A stretch of DNA of 64,000 nucleotides from Amoebophrya sp. A120 (lineage: Eukaryota; Protista; Dinoflagellata). This document shows, piece by piece, positions 12,701 through 27,700 of this stretch (positions within the stretch are counted from its first letter, which is position 1; each line of letters opens with the position of its first letter). The stretch is from positions 724,609 to 788,608 of the forward strand of contig CAJINV010000018.1 in assembly GCA_905178155.1 (NCBI GenBank). Direction: 5' to 3'. The translations under genes and the position numbers were made by a program. A model generated the notes under the pieces. That model was not told where the DNA came from and searched no databases. It saw nothing but the letters and a program-made list of their open reading frames with translations.

Positions 12701-15700
12701 CTCGGTCGCCAGAAAATGAGGTACTCCACCGGGCCAATCTTTTTTAGCTCCCACCGAACCGTGTAGCGCTTCAGCTCCCTCTATGGAAGCGTCAGGTTTG
12801 AAATCGTCAAAGTTGAAATAATTTGTAATGCATAAATATAAAATGCATGACCCGAGGTACGTGTGTTGCAGAGCAGGCAAGTGGGGCCGATTGTAAGCCT
12901 GTTTGGGGCTACAGGTCGAGCTGCTAAAGTAGCATGAGAAAATCACTCTTCTTTGCCTAACCAGCATGGCAAACTGGATTTAGGGACCACCGAAATTTGT
13001 CATGCGCCACTTACAAACTGGCTTCCAACTGGCATCCATTTTATGCATGGCAAATTATTTCAACTTTGTCGATTTCAACTCTGACACATCCATACCCTCC
13101 TCAGGGTCGCGCCCGCGCCCAACACCACCTCCTCCTGCACGGGGATCTGCCCGTGGTTCCGTTGGTTCTTCATGTCGATCGTGACGGACTCGCGGCTGCT
13201 GCCAACCCGCACGTCCTATGGATTGTAAACATGTCTGGGTCTGGAAGTCATGCGTATTTTGTATGATGATTGATGCCTCTAATGCATGATCTAGCAACAC
13301 AGATTTTTAGAGGGCCTCCTAATGCCTATTCCGCATGAGAAATGCCCTCTCCACGTAACACAAACTGGAGTCCTGTTGCTGGTCATGCAATACAGATTTT
13401 TATTGTTGGAATCCAAAGGCAGCATTACAAATTACAATCTTCCAGACCCAGACATTTTTGCAATCCATACGTCCAAGCGGCCGGCGAGCGTCGGCTCGTA
13501 CCACCCAAACCAGAGCGGCTCGGACTCTTTCGCAGGCACCTGGATCCAAGGCAGCTGAAACAAGTTCTTGGGGTCGATCTTAAAGGCCTCGGTGATGAGG
13601 TTCTTCTCTCGTTTGTACGTCTGAGACTCCTTGTTCAGCTGCTTGATAAACTTCTCGTGCCATTCCATGCCCCTGTATCCTGAGACAAAACTACATACCC
13701 ACCCTGCTTAACAAGATACCAAATGATCATTTGCAACAGTACAAACGCCGAGCCTGCTTCGCGAGTTACGCATGCAGCGTAGTGTGTGTGTTCAAATAAC
13801 TGTAGAATAGTAGGCAAGAAAATAATTAGGAACACGCGCATACACAAATACACAGACATACACACTGGGTGACCAGCTAGCGCTCTGCTCGGAGTCGGAC
13901 TACAGAATTACTTGGTACTAGCCGCGAGCTTCGAGAGCGTCATCAAGTACTAGATTCCCAATCAGCATTTGCATTGCCGTCTCCGTGTTGGCGCTTCCAT
14001 TGCGGAATGCAAATCCAAATCATAAAATTATCTGCATGACAGCTGCAGCTCTTGGAGTGTCATCCTCGTGGGCACGTTTTTCACGCTGGATAGCCTTTGC
14101 AGCTTGTTCTGCGCCGCGTTGTTGCCCAGGTTCTGTCGGATGATGATTCGCGTGTTCTCGCAGCAGTTGACCAACTGAAACCCAGTGCCAATGTTTCTGG
14201 TCTTCTGCTGCGTCAGCGCCAGGGGTTTCGGCGGGGTTGGTAGATTGTGTGGCGCGGCAGGTGAAGGCCCCTTGTGCTGTGGGGTCGTGGCTGCCGCAGT
14301 GCTCCTCGTCCCCGACGACCCAAATCCACCTGCGGCGGTTGATGCGGAACCGACTTCAGCAGCAGCAGATGACGCACCACCAGCGCTGGCGCTGCTGCTT
14401 GTCTGCTCGTTGTCTCGAACGTTGTAGTGCGCGTGCATGGTCATGTACGTCGTCCCCTGCGTCACGTTCTCGGTGACCTCGATGCAGCAAGTCACGTAGT
14501 TGCACGGGTTCTGGTGCAGGATGCCGTCCGGAGACTCGTGCCACACGTTGTCGAACAGCACCAGGTGGTACTCCCCCGGAATCTATGCATCGCAAAAGCA
14601 GTTCTAGTTGTGTGGTCAAGTAAAATTGCCGTACAAATAATTCTTTTCCCAAGAGAAAAAATGCGGTTTGTTCTGCTGATCTCGTCACTCTATTGGGCAT
14701 CCATCTGTCATGCACGACCGCAATTTCTCGGACGAGCGGAGTACAAGTAGAACTTTTGCGTTGTATAGAATCCAACAGGGCACGGAGCCGGAGTACGCGT
14801 ACTCTTTATACCGCACCTCAATTCCGAACTTCCCAAACATGCTCCAACGCAGCAGGGGCAGCATGCCGCCTTTCCCCGGGACCACCATTTCCGGCAGTCC
14901 CTCGCGCATCGCGTCCTGGACATCCCGATAGTGCAGGTCCTTCTCGTATCCAGGAAAAGAAACCCGTCGACATCCATTTCGCTTCGTTCCTATCGTCCTA
15001 TCGATCTGAACCAACCACCCGACACGCCCAATGGCGTGATCGGAGGAGAGAGGGCAAGGGCGTCTCGGTCCCTCACCGTAGAGACAGCCTACAGGGATGC
15101 CTCAAGGCCCCTCCCCACACGCCGCAGCGCAGGCGGCCCGAAGAACCCAGGGAAGAGAACTGACATGATGAATTCGGGCGAACGAAAGAGGGGCCGGAGG
15201 ACCGACCTTCGAGCCCTCGACCACCGCCAATCGCCGCGCAGAGGCGGAAAACCCCCTGCAAAACAACACAAGTGGAGCGCGCCCCGTGGTCATAGCCGCC
15301 AAGCTTTACGAACGGGAAAAGGCCATCTGGCCAACACGAGAAAACACAGAGATAAAACACACGACGGGCCGAAAAACCGTAGCCCCAATAGTTGATACCT
15401 ACGAGACAAAGCACACCGCACTGCCCTGGACATGGGACACTGTTCCGCGCCTGTGTGGCGAGAGGGGCCACAGCCTATAACCCCAAGACCCTACATCCCT
15501 CCACAGGAGGGTGGCGAAATGTCTTCCGGCGAAACGCAAACAAACGTCCCGTGTAGCCCGAACAAAACCAAAAAGAGAAGTACCCTCCAAAGCACCGTGG
15601 CCACATCATGGGGAATCCCGACACCGCGACAACAATAAAACAGCCTCCAAGCTGAGACCCTGCCCGCTCAGCCACTCGAGCTCGATTACCTTGGGCGTCA

Positions 15701-18700
15701 GCGAGTGTAAGAAGAGCCTGCCCAGTAACAACCTGGCCGCGTCAATTGAAGTTCGTGCAAGCCATGAAAACCAGAAGCGGGTCTCCAGCAAGACCAGGAG
15801 CAAACCTACAACAAGTTCACTATCCCCTTAAGGCGGAGGCGCCCCTACGAAAACCGTGCCCCCGGATGCGCCCGACATCGGGCACGCCTGGTTCAACCAC
15901 CAAAGAGAAGCCCTAAAAGAAAGTCCTGCGCTCTTCAAGGGTGCAGCAAAACTTACCGGGCTGGAAGAATGTACCCTACAACCGCCAGTCCTTCGTATGA
16001 ATTTCAACACGATCCCGCCACCAAGTAAGGAAACCGAACCTGCGCCACGCGCATAAGGCTAACTCGGACACCGAAGAGCCAGAGAAATAAACAACGAAAG
16101 CCGACCAGGAGAGATAGTCCCCTGACAAAACCTCCAAGAAGTTGTTGCGCCCGCCGCCCTGGCTGGCAAGAAGGTGGCCGGTAGGAAACCAGGGCGAAGC
16201 CAGACCGTCCGTGACCGAAGGTAAGCGCGACAGAAGAGCACAAAGCCTCTACCAAATGTAAACGGGAAAAACCGACCTATGTCCTCGTGGCTTGTTCAGA
16301 ACCCCGACAGCGAAAAACATGAGGCGCAATGCACTCATCCATCCTCAGAGAACAACAGCACAAGAAGTGCCTCAGCCTGCACACTACAACACCGCACCGA
16401 ACATTGCCACGAAAAGACTCAGCAGGAACCGGTAGGGACGATCATAGCCCCCAACTGAAAAGCCGCCCAAAAGCAACTAGATGGCTCGCACAAGCCTTCT
16501 CCTGCTGGTGGGAGAGAGAAAACCGAGAGAGGGGGAAGGAGAATCAGCTTCAACAGCCGCCGCCCCGCTGCCCTAAAAGCCGGTAGACCCGGATGCTCCG
16601 TTCCTAAGTAGGGAACTGAGCCAAGATACCATCGCCCAAACAAATACTCATCGACACCCCAGCGGCAACCCCTAGCCGGAGGAACCCTGTCCCTGAGTTC
16701 CAAAACAACCAGCGGAGCGAATGTTGGGAAAAAACCATCTTCATCCGCGCAGCCACATCGCCAGAGCAAGCGGTAGGTGTAGCGACGCCCGCAAGCCCTT
16801 CTAGATTCAGCCCGCTTGTCTCAAATCCAAAGCGCTGACAAAGTGAGCTCACCTGTCCCCCGAACACAGAGCCCACTGCGACCCGACCCGTAATCGGAAA
16901 GGAAACCCGGGCCCGGGCGGTAGAGCTACGGATGCCAGCATGCCAAAACCCTACGACGGCACTTATGCTGTAAAAGACCGACCGCTGGGAAAGCCATCCC
17001 AAGCAACGGGCGCGCCTAGCATGCCCGGTGAGAAATTCTGGCAAGAGTTGGCGAAAAAGACTCCCTCCAAGGCCACCACCCAAAAATGTATAAAGAAAAC
17101 CGAGGCAGATGCCCGCCAAGCCGAGAAACTCGGAAGCCATTTAGTAGCGACCGCAATGCGCCATCCCACACAAAGGAACAACTCGCGCAACCCCACAAAA
17201 CCTAGTGGCGCGCCCAATTGATTGCCCAAGCGCCCTGGGCTTACTGTCAAAGCCGCAATCGATTGCCCTAAGCACATTTCTAGTGCCGCCGAAAACAGGC
17301 ACTGACCCCGTGCCGCCCTTGAGCCGCTAGACCCCCAAGCGCGCCGCCATCTCATGGCAAGGCCTTCCGAAAACTGAGTAACCCCGCCAGCAATGACCAA
17401 AAGCCAGCCCTGCTGTGATATGCGTAGCGCTACCTCGCGCCTGGAGCAAGTAGTCGGAGCAACCCGGTGCCAACCAGTTGTCCCAAAGGTGCCAACATCT
17501 CGAAATGAGCAGCCACCGTCGCAGCAGCCGCCCGCACGGGGTACAGCGGCACCCGGTAAAACGATTCAAAGGCAGAAAACCCTAACTCGCTGAACGAGAA
17601 AATCCCCCCGAGCCTACAGCGAAAAGGGGCCAGAGACGAATCCTAACGACGGACGAGCCCTAGAAAGGAGGGCGAGATGCACCCGGTATATCACGGGAAA
17701 CAAACCGACCCCAGCCATTTCGACGCCACTCATGCCAACATAAAGCTCAGCCTTGGCCCTAAGATCCTGCACTGCCCATGTTGGGCCCGAACGATGCCCC
17801 AATTTAATGGCCACCTATTCCTGCGTCCCCCAGAATGGGGCGCGTCCCTCCGCTTCGAACATAAGAGCCTCTTGCTCCACCCGGCCAAACTAGAGCGCCC
17901 TGACCCGCGCCCGTTCATACCTTCCCAAGACGAAAACTACCTTGGACAAAGCCAGATAACCGGCGGGCATGTGGGTCCCGCTACCAAAGTAGCTCTGCCA
18001 AATAGAGAGATAGAGAGAGAAAGAGAAATAGAGAGAGAGGGGGAGACCGCCCCCGTGAAATCCGCCCAGCAGCTGTCTTCGCCTGAACTGGCGTCGACAT
18101 CGCCTGTACCTGCCTCGCCCGCGGCGCCCCAACGCGGCTAATGTGTACATGCCCCCGCGGAGCCATCTCCACGAGGTAAGCTGCTTGAGGGTCCGTACCC
18201 GTAGCCATCAACCGAAGTTGGCCCGTGCCAAAATCAACCAACTGCACCAACCTGGGCGACCCGGAAAGGTAGGGCCCCAAATATTAGATTGATATCCCGC
18301 AGGCCCAGAAAAAGGAGCACGAGCTCAATAGTCCGAAAACACTAGCCCAAGCTGCTAGCGTCTACCAAAACCAATTCCCACGAAGCAGGCTGCTCGTGCG
18401 TCCAAGCCTATTCTTGAAAAGATTACTCCCAGCCCAACAATGAGGCGCTGCCACATGTCCGATAGGAAAGGGAAAGAAAGCCGAAGTAGAGAAAAGGGGC
18501 CTCGCCGCGGCCAAGGACAGCAATGAGTTCAGGCCAACGAAAGATGGCCGCCTGGCCAAGAGTAGCGCGCCCTGCGGTTCCTTTGAAAAATTGCCGCACC
18601 TGGTCCTCCGGCAGTGCATCCCACAGACAAGCATCCTAAGGCCTGCTGGCTCCCTCGAATGCGCCCCGCCCGCGCAGCGCGACAGACCCGTGGCAACGAA

Positions 18701-21700
18701 GCCAGCCCCAAACCGTCCACCAGGAGGCATCCCCGGAAGACCCACTCTCGAGTGGTCTAGAAGTGACGTGGCCGCCTCCGGCCCTAAACCGCGCCAAAAC
18801 CTGAGGTCCAAGATGAAGAGGCTCCAACTTCCGCCCGTCGTGGTTGGGCACAGTAGTAAAGCCAGCCTCCAAGGAGGGCAAAGGCCAGCCTAGACGTGAG
18901 CTTGCACAGTTTCACCGCAACTGCGGCCACCTGTTCCAACCCAATCCCGCCCGCGGGAAGCAGACCAAACAATGACTCCGTCCCCTGCCAGAAATTAGCC
19001 GGGGAATGAATACCACAAGCGCCAAACCAGAAAGCCAAGGCGTAGAGCCCGACCGCCGCCACCAGTGCACTCAAGATCGTCTACCCTAGTCCGTTGCATA
19101 CCGAGGTGCAAGAGCCCTACCACATATAAAGGACGCACTGAATAAGCGCCGGCACATTGGAAAACCTGAAAGACCAGCAGGAGAGCAGATCTGCCCTAAC
19201 GTAACTCTTCGCGAACCAAGGCGGCTAACACCTAGGCCTGCGAGGTGTGCGCCCGCTGCCACCACCAGCGTACTTAAAAAGAGTCAATCCAACACCGACA
19301 TATGCCCAGCTACAACTGCGACCACCCCTGCTTGTCCATTGTCGCGAAAGTACGCGAGCGGGGGACTCAGACAGACCCCACCACCTAGTGTCCCACGCCC
19401 ATAAGTAGTACCTTCCAGGCTACAGGAGGGCACGACCTTACACCCAGTGCAGAGCACCCGCTTGGCCCCCGGCGAAGCCAACGAAAACCAAAAACCCCCC
19501 GCGGTCATAGGATAACGGATTCAAACCGACATTGCCCAGAGCCAAGCGAAGAGTGTAAGGTCGTTGTGCCCACCTGCCAGCAACCTTTTTCTGTAACTGT
19601 AGCCATCTTTCCATTTCCATCTCGAAGCGCAGAGCGCGAGGCCCAAAAGGAGAGAGCCGCACACCGCGTAGGAGTAGTGTTCGTTGAGCTTCAAATACAA
19701 TTCCGAGCCCGGGCGTGAACGCGGAAATTTCCCTTCCCACCCTGATCCAGTGGGCCCGAAGCCTACAACCCGGCCCGCCGGCAGATCTTAAAGCCGCGAC
19801 TGGTCCTACCACCTGTCTACGTGAGAAAGTTGAAGAAAACCCCCGAGTTGGCGCCACTCCTTAAACTTTCACTGGGCCCAAGTGTGCAATTCTGAAGAGA
19901 ACCTAAAACCAGTGAAGCGACACCCATACTACACGGCCCGGAAGAGAGCGAGCCAGCACCGAGTTGGCAGCACCAGAAGACAGAGCGCCCCTCTACCGTC
20001 CACGCAACACAATTACCGAGGAGAAGGGGAGGTCGGAAACCATCCCTAGATCCCATCCCCAGCCCAACCCCAGCCGATTGCATGAGGCACTCTAACTCTG
20101 AATCCAATAAACCAAAGTCCCATCGTGTGAAACCGGACGCCAAGCTATGCGCTGGCGCCTGCGCAAAGTGCTCCAGCTTCCCCTGCCTCGAACTAGGCAC
20201 GTACGTTATTCCCTGCAAGGCCTGTTCCGGGCGATATCCTGAGAAAAGGAGAGAAGACTGCCGCTGCACCAAGCCGGCCGAAACGAGAAAGCCTTGCCCG
20301 AAAACCAAAACCTGGGCCCCCTCCGTGGAATCCCGTGTGTGCTGAGTTTCTCCACTGCCAGCAGCGGCGCAAGCATTTCCATCAGCGCCAGCCCCACAAA
20401 AGCTCTGGACCTCCGGCCCAAATAGACCCCGGACTTACACTCCTAAAACCTCCCGGTCCGGCCGCAGTCTTACTGATCTCAAAGAGCCAAATCCTAGTTC
20501 CAAGCCATACAATACTGGCTGCAAAGTGCCTTTCCTCAGCCATAAAGTGCCCCAAATCAACCGTAAAGCCCTAGCGCCCTGACACAGAGGGCGACTCCCC
20601 CGGTCATCCGGTCGATGCCTCGAGCATGTCCACGAACTAAAATGCCGCGCCTGTGCCATAAAGTGCCTGTGCTAAACACTACCCCTGCCACAGCAACATG
20701 CCTGCTTCCTACATACATTGCTTTGCGAGCCCGATCCTATGCCGATGCCAATCCGTGTGGCCCCACACCACGCCAAAGACCAAACTCTCACCAGCCAAGC
20801 CTTCAGAGCCAATCGTGTCAGAAATAGGCACGAAAACACGTATGCCGCTGAGTGTGGGCCAAGGCCACTCCTAGCTTTCCTGCGAACTCCTCGTCTTACC
20901 CATCTGTAGATCCGCAGCCACGGGATGAGAGCTACAGTATCCTCCTAACCAGCACCCACAGTGCTTCCGACTCCGACCTAGTGAGGGCGAGCGGGTAATA
21001 AACCTTGTTCCTTGATGATGCCTCGTAGCCATACTGCGCGCTACGCGCGCGGGCACTACCATACCCCCCTGCTCCTGGATCTATGTCCATCCTGCTAGCT
21101 GTGCCCTAGTAGATAACAATGCCGGCGTCACTGTGCGCACAAGCCACGCCCGAGGCCCTGGGCCCTCCTGATGCCCTGCTCCACGAAACGGAGCCGCCTA
21201 GCCTTTTCAGAGGAGAATTTGAGCGATCCCGACCCCCAGTCACCTCACCAGGACCAGGTCCAGTCGTCGCGCCGTCAACTATGGCCATTGCCGTGCCAAT
21301 CCTACATCGGCCCCCAGTCAACCTAGACTGAGTCCAGCCAATCAAAAGAAAAACCATGGCACGACCCCCGCCTCGATTGCGGGTCCAGTCGTGCCGCCTT
21401 GCATTAGCTTTCCAGGGATCTGCTAGCCCTTTATATAGTAGTCTCGTCCTTTCCGTCACTTACTCGAAAATGATGCACCGAGGTGCATCCGTATTTATTT
21501 TTTGCATTGCAAATAGTGGATTTTATGCATGTTTTGCATGACAAATTGGATGGGGATGGGTGTTTTTCCTTGGATATCTCGCTCCACGAAATGTGGGACA
21601 CGACGGACCCCTGTCGCACATACACCGGCTCCGCCATGTTATGCATTGAAACTCAGTATGTCGGGCTGGCCTGGCAAGGTTGCATAAAAAGCAGCAGAAA

Positions 21701-24700
21701 TAGCGCCGGCGCCACGATTTCGTTTATGAAGTATCGGAGTTTGTGATGCGCGCAGCTAAGCATGAGAGAGCATTTCTTCGAAAGATTTTTCATACAACTA
21801 CCTACGTCGATGCGCTTGAACGGGTACTTCTCAAAACAAGTCCTGCTCATTCAACATTACACGTCCCTAGAAGAACTACCAGACATACTTGCCATGCGTA
21901 AATGTCGTTGACAAACAAAACTCTCGGCACGATGTTGATACACCGGAGCGGAGGCAGGCCCCGGTCCAGGTTGTGCGTTTGCGTGATCTTGTATCCGAAC
22001 ATGACCTTCTCTATGCACTGCAAAAGCATCGCAGTAGTATGAATTGCATTACAAATTTTCCCAAGAGCAAAAATGCAATCTGTCATGCTATTTCAGGAAA
22101 AAAGTTGGATTTGTCATGCATATCCGCAATTAGTACGAGTACGATACTTTTGCACAGGATATTCTCCGTGATCCGGTCCAGCTCCTCCGTCTGATCTTCG
22201 GCGGAAGAGTATTGAGAGGAAAAATCCCCCCTCCCCATATCAAAACGGAATTTGTGATGCTGGATTTGTGTACACAAATCAGCTATGCATTGCAGGAAGG
22301 CAATGCAGCCAGTTCCCCAGGCTAGCTAGGGGCGCACGAGCTTAGTAGTTCAGCATGGCAACCGGCTCCCCTTTAGGCCCAACAGCGTGACAAATCGGCT
22401 CCACAATAGGGCGGGAGCTTCTGCCTTTGTCTTCTTGCAAGACAAATGTGATTTGTGACCTCAAATCAGCAACATAAATTTTCGGAGTCATACCGTTTCG
22501 ATATGGGGAGGGGGGATTTTTCCTTTCGATAAAGAGCCGCTGCTTCCCGCCCCGTTCGTGCCCGTCGTGGCGGTCACTTTCGCGTACTGGTTATGGCTTG
22601 CATAATTCTGCTGGTAGCTCATCGCGTTCTGCTGGTACGCCATGTTTTGCGATTGCGCACCACCAGCACCACCTCGGCTATAAGCGAAGCTCCCGGTGCT
22701 AGAGCTTCCTCCACCACCACCAGCCAGGCCTCGCGTTTTGTCGTACTTTCGCCACAGCACCGAGTCTTTGCGCAGCACATCAATCTCGACGTTGCCGCGG
22801 TTTCCGATGTTTTCCAAGTGCTCCACCCGTTGCTCTTCGTCGGAAAGGTATTTGTTGCAGTACACGGCCATCAGGGACTGTGTCTCGCAGTCCAGCGGAA
22901 GATATACCGGATTTGTCTCCACCAACTGCGCACACACCCGCTCCTGCGGTAGCACCATCAGCCTGAGGTCCTCCGCTATCCAAGAAAAACCTGTGCAGGT
23001 TGGTGTAATTCTTTAACTTGAGGAGCAGCGTCACATAGATAGGTTTTGGTTGGGTTGTTCGCGTGTTGACAGAGAAAACTTGTCATGCGACAATAAGAAT
23101 AATACGCGAACGAGTCACACATCAGAAATTCAAGAGCAGGCTCGGACAATGCGCATGGATATTCATACTCATCTGCTTCTGCTCATTCGGCTGTGTGACA
23201 AGTATTAACGTTGCATTTTCTGCATCATAGACTCAGCAACTCTCTCAGTTTTTTCTTGCATATCCGCAGCACGCGACGACGTTGTAGTAGCGCCAGTGCG
23301 ACCGGTGCCCGGGCTGCCGGTGTTCCTCGCCAGCTCCTGGGTATCCTGTGCAAAAGTATCGCGCGGGTCGCACTAATAGCCAGAGTCATGCGTCTAGTGA
23401 CAGATCTACTTTTCTTTCTGTTCGTTGCTGTTCTACTAGCATGGCAAGCTGCGAGACGCAAAACGCGTCTCTTTCCCTGTCGCGAGACGCAAAACGCAAA
23501 ACGCGTTTGTACTAGTACTACAAGTAAAACTTAAAGTAGTACGAAGATACTTTTGCAATGCATACTGGGAGAGGAAATACAGTTGGGGATTAATTGGCGC
23601 GGTGGTATTCGTCGTTGCGTTGTTGCTCCGTTTCAGATATCCTGTGCAAAAGTATCGTACTCGTAGTAATTGCATTCATGCATCACAAATCGCGTCCTCA
23701 AGCTAAATCCGCATTACAAATTTCATTTCTCATACCGAGGAATTTGTAATGCATTTATACGAGTACGATACTTTTGCAGTTCATATCAGAACCTCGGCCA
23801 GCGAAGAGGTGAGACAGACGAAATCAGTCGTGGAGGAGCCGCTGGAGGTCGTGCTCGTCCCTGTGATAGAACTCGCAGGAGCTCCCGACGATGAACCCAC
23901 TTTCATACTCGTATTCCCTTTCCCACCCGTCGCAGAGGAAATAAGTCCTGTTCTACCCCCGCCGGGGCCGGTGGTGCCTCCAGTTGTCCCTGCAGCTGCT
24001 GCGCTAGATGGCGCTCCTACACTTTCCAAGTAGAGGGGTTTCAGGTTGTTCAAGTAGCTGCCTCTTTCCTCTTTGGTACAGCGCACATTCGTGCGGTCAA
24101 GCGCGATTTCCATCGCGCCCGGCTTGGGATAGGGCAGGTTCAACGAGTTTTCCTGCGATATGGCGTTCTCAACTGTCACATTCTCAGCTGTTGCATGAAT
24201 TTGTCATGCAAAACTACCTTGAGCCGGTAGATGATCAAGCTGCTTCGCATGACAAATCTTCAAAGGGCTAAACAGCATCTAAGTCCGTGCCAAATCTGTG
24301 ATGCAAAAGCAGCAAGCTTGTGCCTTTGACTGTTGCGGCTCTTGCGTCACAAATTCATGTAACAGTTCAGAATGTAACGTTTGAGAGCCCCATATGCGAG
24401 TAGATGACCTTCGGGCCCGATATCCTGTTGTTCGGACGATTTCGGAACACGGTGGATATGTAGTATGGCTTGAGGTATGCATTGCAAAAGTATCGCAGTA
24501 GTATAAATCGCAATACAAATTTTTCCAGAAGGAAAAATGGAATTTGTAATGCTGATTTTGCTAAGAAACAAGATTTGTCATGCATGATTGCAATTAGTAC
24601 GAGTACGATACTTTTGCACAGGATATCAGGAGCTGCTGAAACGCCTCGTCCGCAAGGTTATACAGCGGTTCATCGTATCAAATGTAAAAATGTCTGGGTC

Positions 24701-27700
24701 TGGAAGGTTGGAAGACTTGTCATGCAGGTTTTCCATGACGCGTGAGGTCTGTAATACATGACCCAGCATGACAGATTCTTCTCGACCTCGATCATGCCTC
24801 GTCTGCATGAGAAAGTCCCTCTCAGCTTGGTCAAAAGAGGAGAGCTTTAGGTAATCATGCAACACAGATTTTTGCACTATCGAGAATTAGCATGACAAGT
24901 TGCATTCTTCCAGACCCAGACATTTTTACAATCCATACATCGGTGGGCGGTGCCTGCGCGTCTACTCGGCGGTCGACATCTTCCAAAAATGGCCTGGTCA
25001 TATTGCCGCTTCCAAGATTTTGATTAGCTTCGCCCCCCACGGTGGAGCTACTGCTACCAGGGTGGTGCATCGCACTTCCGAAATTTGCCCCTTGATTCAG
25101 TCCCGCCAGGGTGGTGCGCGCGTTTTTATTTTCCTCCTCCAACAGGTCCTCGATGCTGGTGTACCGTTTGCGGCCTCGACCGGAAGACGTCCCTATGTGG
25201 TCGAGGGCTCCACCCAGAATCACCCCCGCTGCGCCGGCAGTTCCATGATGTCCTCCGGCGCCAGCACTGCTGGTCCCGTGGTGGCTGCCGCCACTCAGGT
25301 CCACCAGCAGTGCCTGGGTGCTGGTGTTCCCGAATTGCGAGCTCATGTAGCCCGCAACGTAGTTGCTGGAGTGCGGTGCATTGGTGTCGTCGGAGAAAAA
25401 GTCGGTAAATACCGAGTTGGAGGACTTCAGGTCGTTGTGGTTGCCCCGGTCGTAATAGACGAACTTGAGGTCTTTTTCGATGCTGGCCGGGAGATAATTG
25501 CACAACATGGTCTCCGTGAAAATGATAATGTCCAGCACCCCATTGCGGTGGTTTTGAAACTCGACCCACACATTCGTCTCGCGAGATGCTCTATCCTGCG
25601 CAAAAGTTGTCTAGTATCGCGCTTCGTACAAAGATCATGATGAACGAGCGCAGGAATATTCATGGGCAACTGAAGAAACTACTTGCACAGACCGTAGCTA
25701 ATATTCGCATTCGTCTATACAAGTACATTAATGCGCTAGCTAGAATGCCGGTTCTGGATGTAGTATGAATGATCTAGATGCTGACGCAGCATGACAAAGA
25801 CAAATGTAGAAGCTTTGACACTACAATTGCAGCACCAGTGAATGCATCGCGCTTTTTGTTTTGCTTCTTGGTGTACTAGACTGACACAAAAATTTTTCAA
25901 TCCGTATTCCATGTCATACACCGGAAACTTGATCCGGTCGTACACAATCTCGTCCTCGTTGTTCTGCCCGGATCCGCCTAGAGCAGCCTTGTTCCCCGCA
26001 CTGCCATCCATGTCGTTCAGCTGCTCCCTGGCCTGCGCCGCCCGGCGCTTTTTCCGCGAGGATTTTTTTGAACCGCCTCCACTGCCGGCGCTGCCCGCGA
26101 TCCCAGAGTTCCGCTGCGTGAAGTTCGTTGCGCCCGGAATCTGCAATGCATTGTAGAAAGAAGGCGAGTTGCGACTCGAGGCCTCCGAGGCCATAGTTCG
26201 GGAGCCCATGCTGGGCCCGCGAATCGAATTTCCCGGCGGGGCCGCCCCCTTGGTCGAGGAACTTGATATCATGTACTGAGGCTGGAGCAAGGACAAGGCC
26301 CCACCTGACCCCCGCCCCGACCCTCCCCGTTATCAAGTGCAAATATGCCTGGATATCTGGAAGCTTGTAAATGTGAGTGAGTGCTTTGTAAATGTAATGT
26401 ACAGGAGCCAAACCTAACTCAAAGCACAAAGCATCAGAAATATTTGCGCGGGTTCGTGTTTTCTGCATGACAAGCACAAGCTGCGTTTTTGCATGACAAG
26501 AAAAAGGGTTCTTTCTTGTTCTTCATCAACACGCATCACGAACTCTTCACCCTTGCATCCTACTTCCACCCGGACCCAGACATATTTGCAATGCATACCT
26601 GCCCGCCGGCACCAAAAGCGGCGTTGAAGGCCGGCTTGTAGAACGGGATGCCCTCCGGGGTGAATGCACTTCCGTAGAGGCAAAGTTTGAAGGAGAGTGT
26701 ACCCTCTTCCAGGTTTACGGCGTGCACGTCTTCCTTCTGGTTCAACTTTATCGTTCCCGAAGTCTCCTCGGCGTTGAGCCCGCGCGAAACGTTGTTCATG
26801 CCACCAGTACCAGCACGGCGGCTGCTGGCGCCCCGACCTGCGCCCATGTGTGTGCCTCCTGCTGCGAAGGCGGAAGCGCTCGGACCGCCGAACAGCGAGC
26901 TGGCGCCCAGCCCGAGCGACTGCTCCAATGGTTGGCCGGCGAGCACCATGTAGTGAATCGGAAACGGCAAGTTGGACCGCAGCTGGATCGTCGGCTGCAG
27001 AAACAGGGTCGACTGCACGACAGAGCCACTACGGTCCTGCAAGGGCAGCTGTTCGCAGTCGAGCGTGGCGTACATGTGGAACCACTCCGGTTCTTCCTGC
27101 TGTTTCATGTTTCGCCGGGCGCCGGGAACTATGCAAGAAAAAAACTATGTGAGTGTAAGTCTGTGATGCAGGAAGTGCAAAACTGCTTCACTTGTCATGC
27201 TGCACCCGCGTCATAGGCTACTTTCATACGTGTTTCCATGTACTAGCGTGCGCAAGACAGGTTTTCTCTGTAATGCAAAGCGAACTTGTGATGCTGCTCT
27301 TCCTACAAAGTAGTGAAAGTTACACCTACACAGTTTTTTTCCTGGATAGGAACGCTGTCCTCGTCACTGTCGTCGCTGCTGGTCGATATCCAAGAAAAAA
27401 AAAGCTATGGTCTCCTGTGTGAAATGCAGAGGACGCAAGACACTTTTGCAATTGCGCGTGTGATGCTGAGTACCAGAACCAATCGGAGTCTCTTAGAATT
27501 AGCATTAGGAACACGGGCGGTCCTGCTCGTCGTTACATTTCAAATGCAAGGGAAGGACGACAAGGCTCTTGATTTTTATGCAATAAGAATAAAGTTACTC
27601 ACACTATTAACACAGCTCGGTCATTTTGGTTTTCGTTTTCCTGGATAATCGAGGACGAAGAAACATTTTCCGATCCCCTTTCCCGCTGTTGAATGATGTG

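Noticed and set aside
7349-13469. Recurrent repeats separated by short unique sequences, superficially CRISPR-like
   Set aside because: The repeats are paired inverted ends of 100-400 bp elements, the 'spacers' are in-frame exons, and no cas-like ORFs are present.
14980-21492. Intact autonomous transposase or full-length LTR element
   Set aside because: No ORF longer than about 165 aa, no visible LTR pair or TG...CA ends, and the motif-like fragments are broken.
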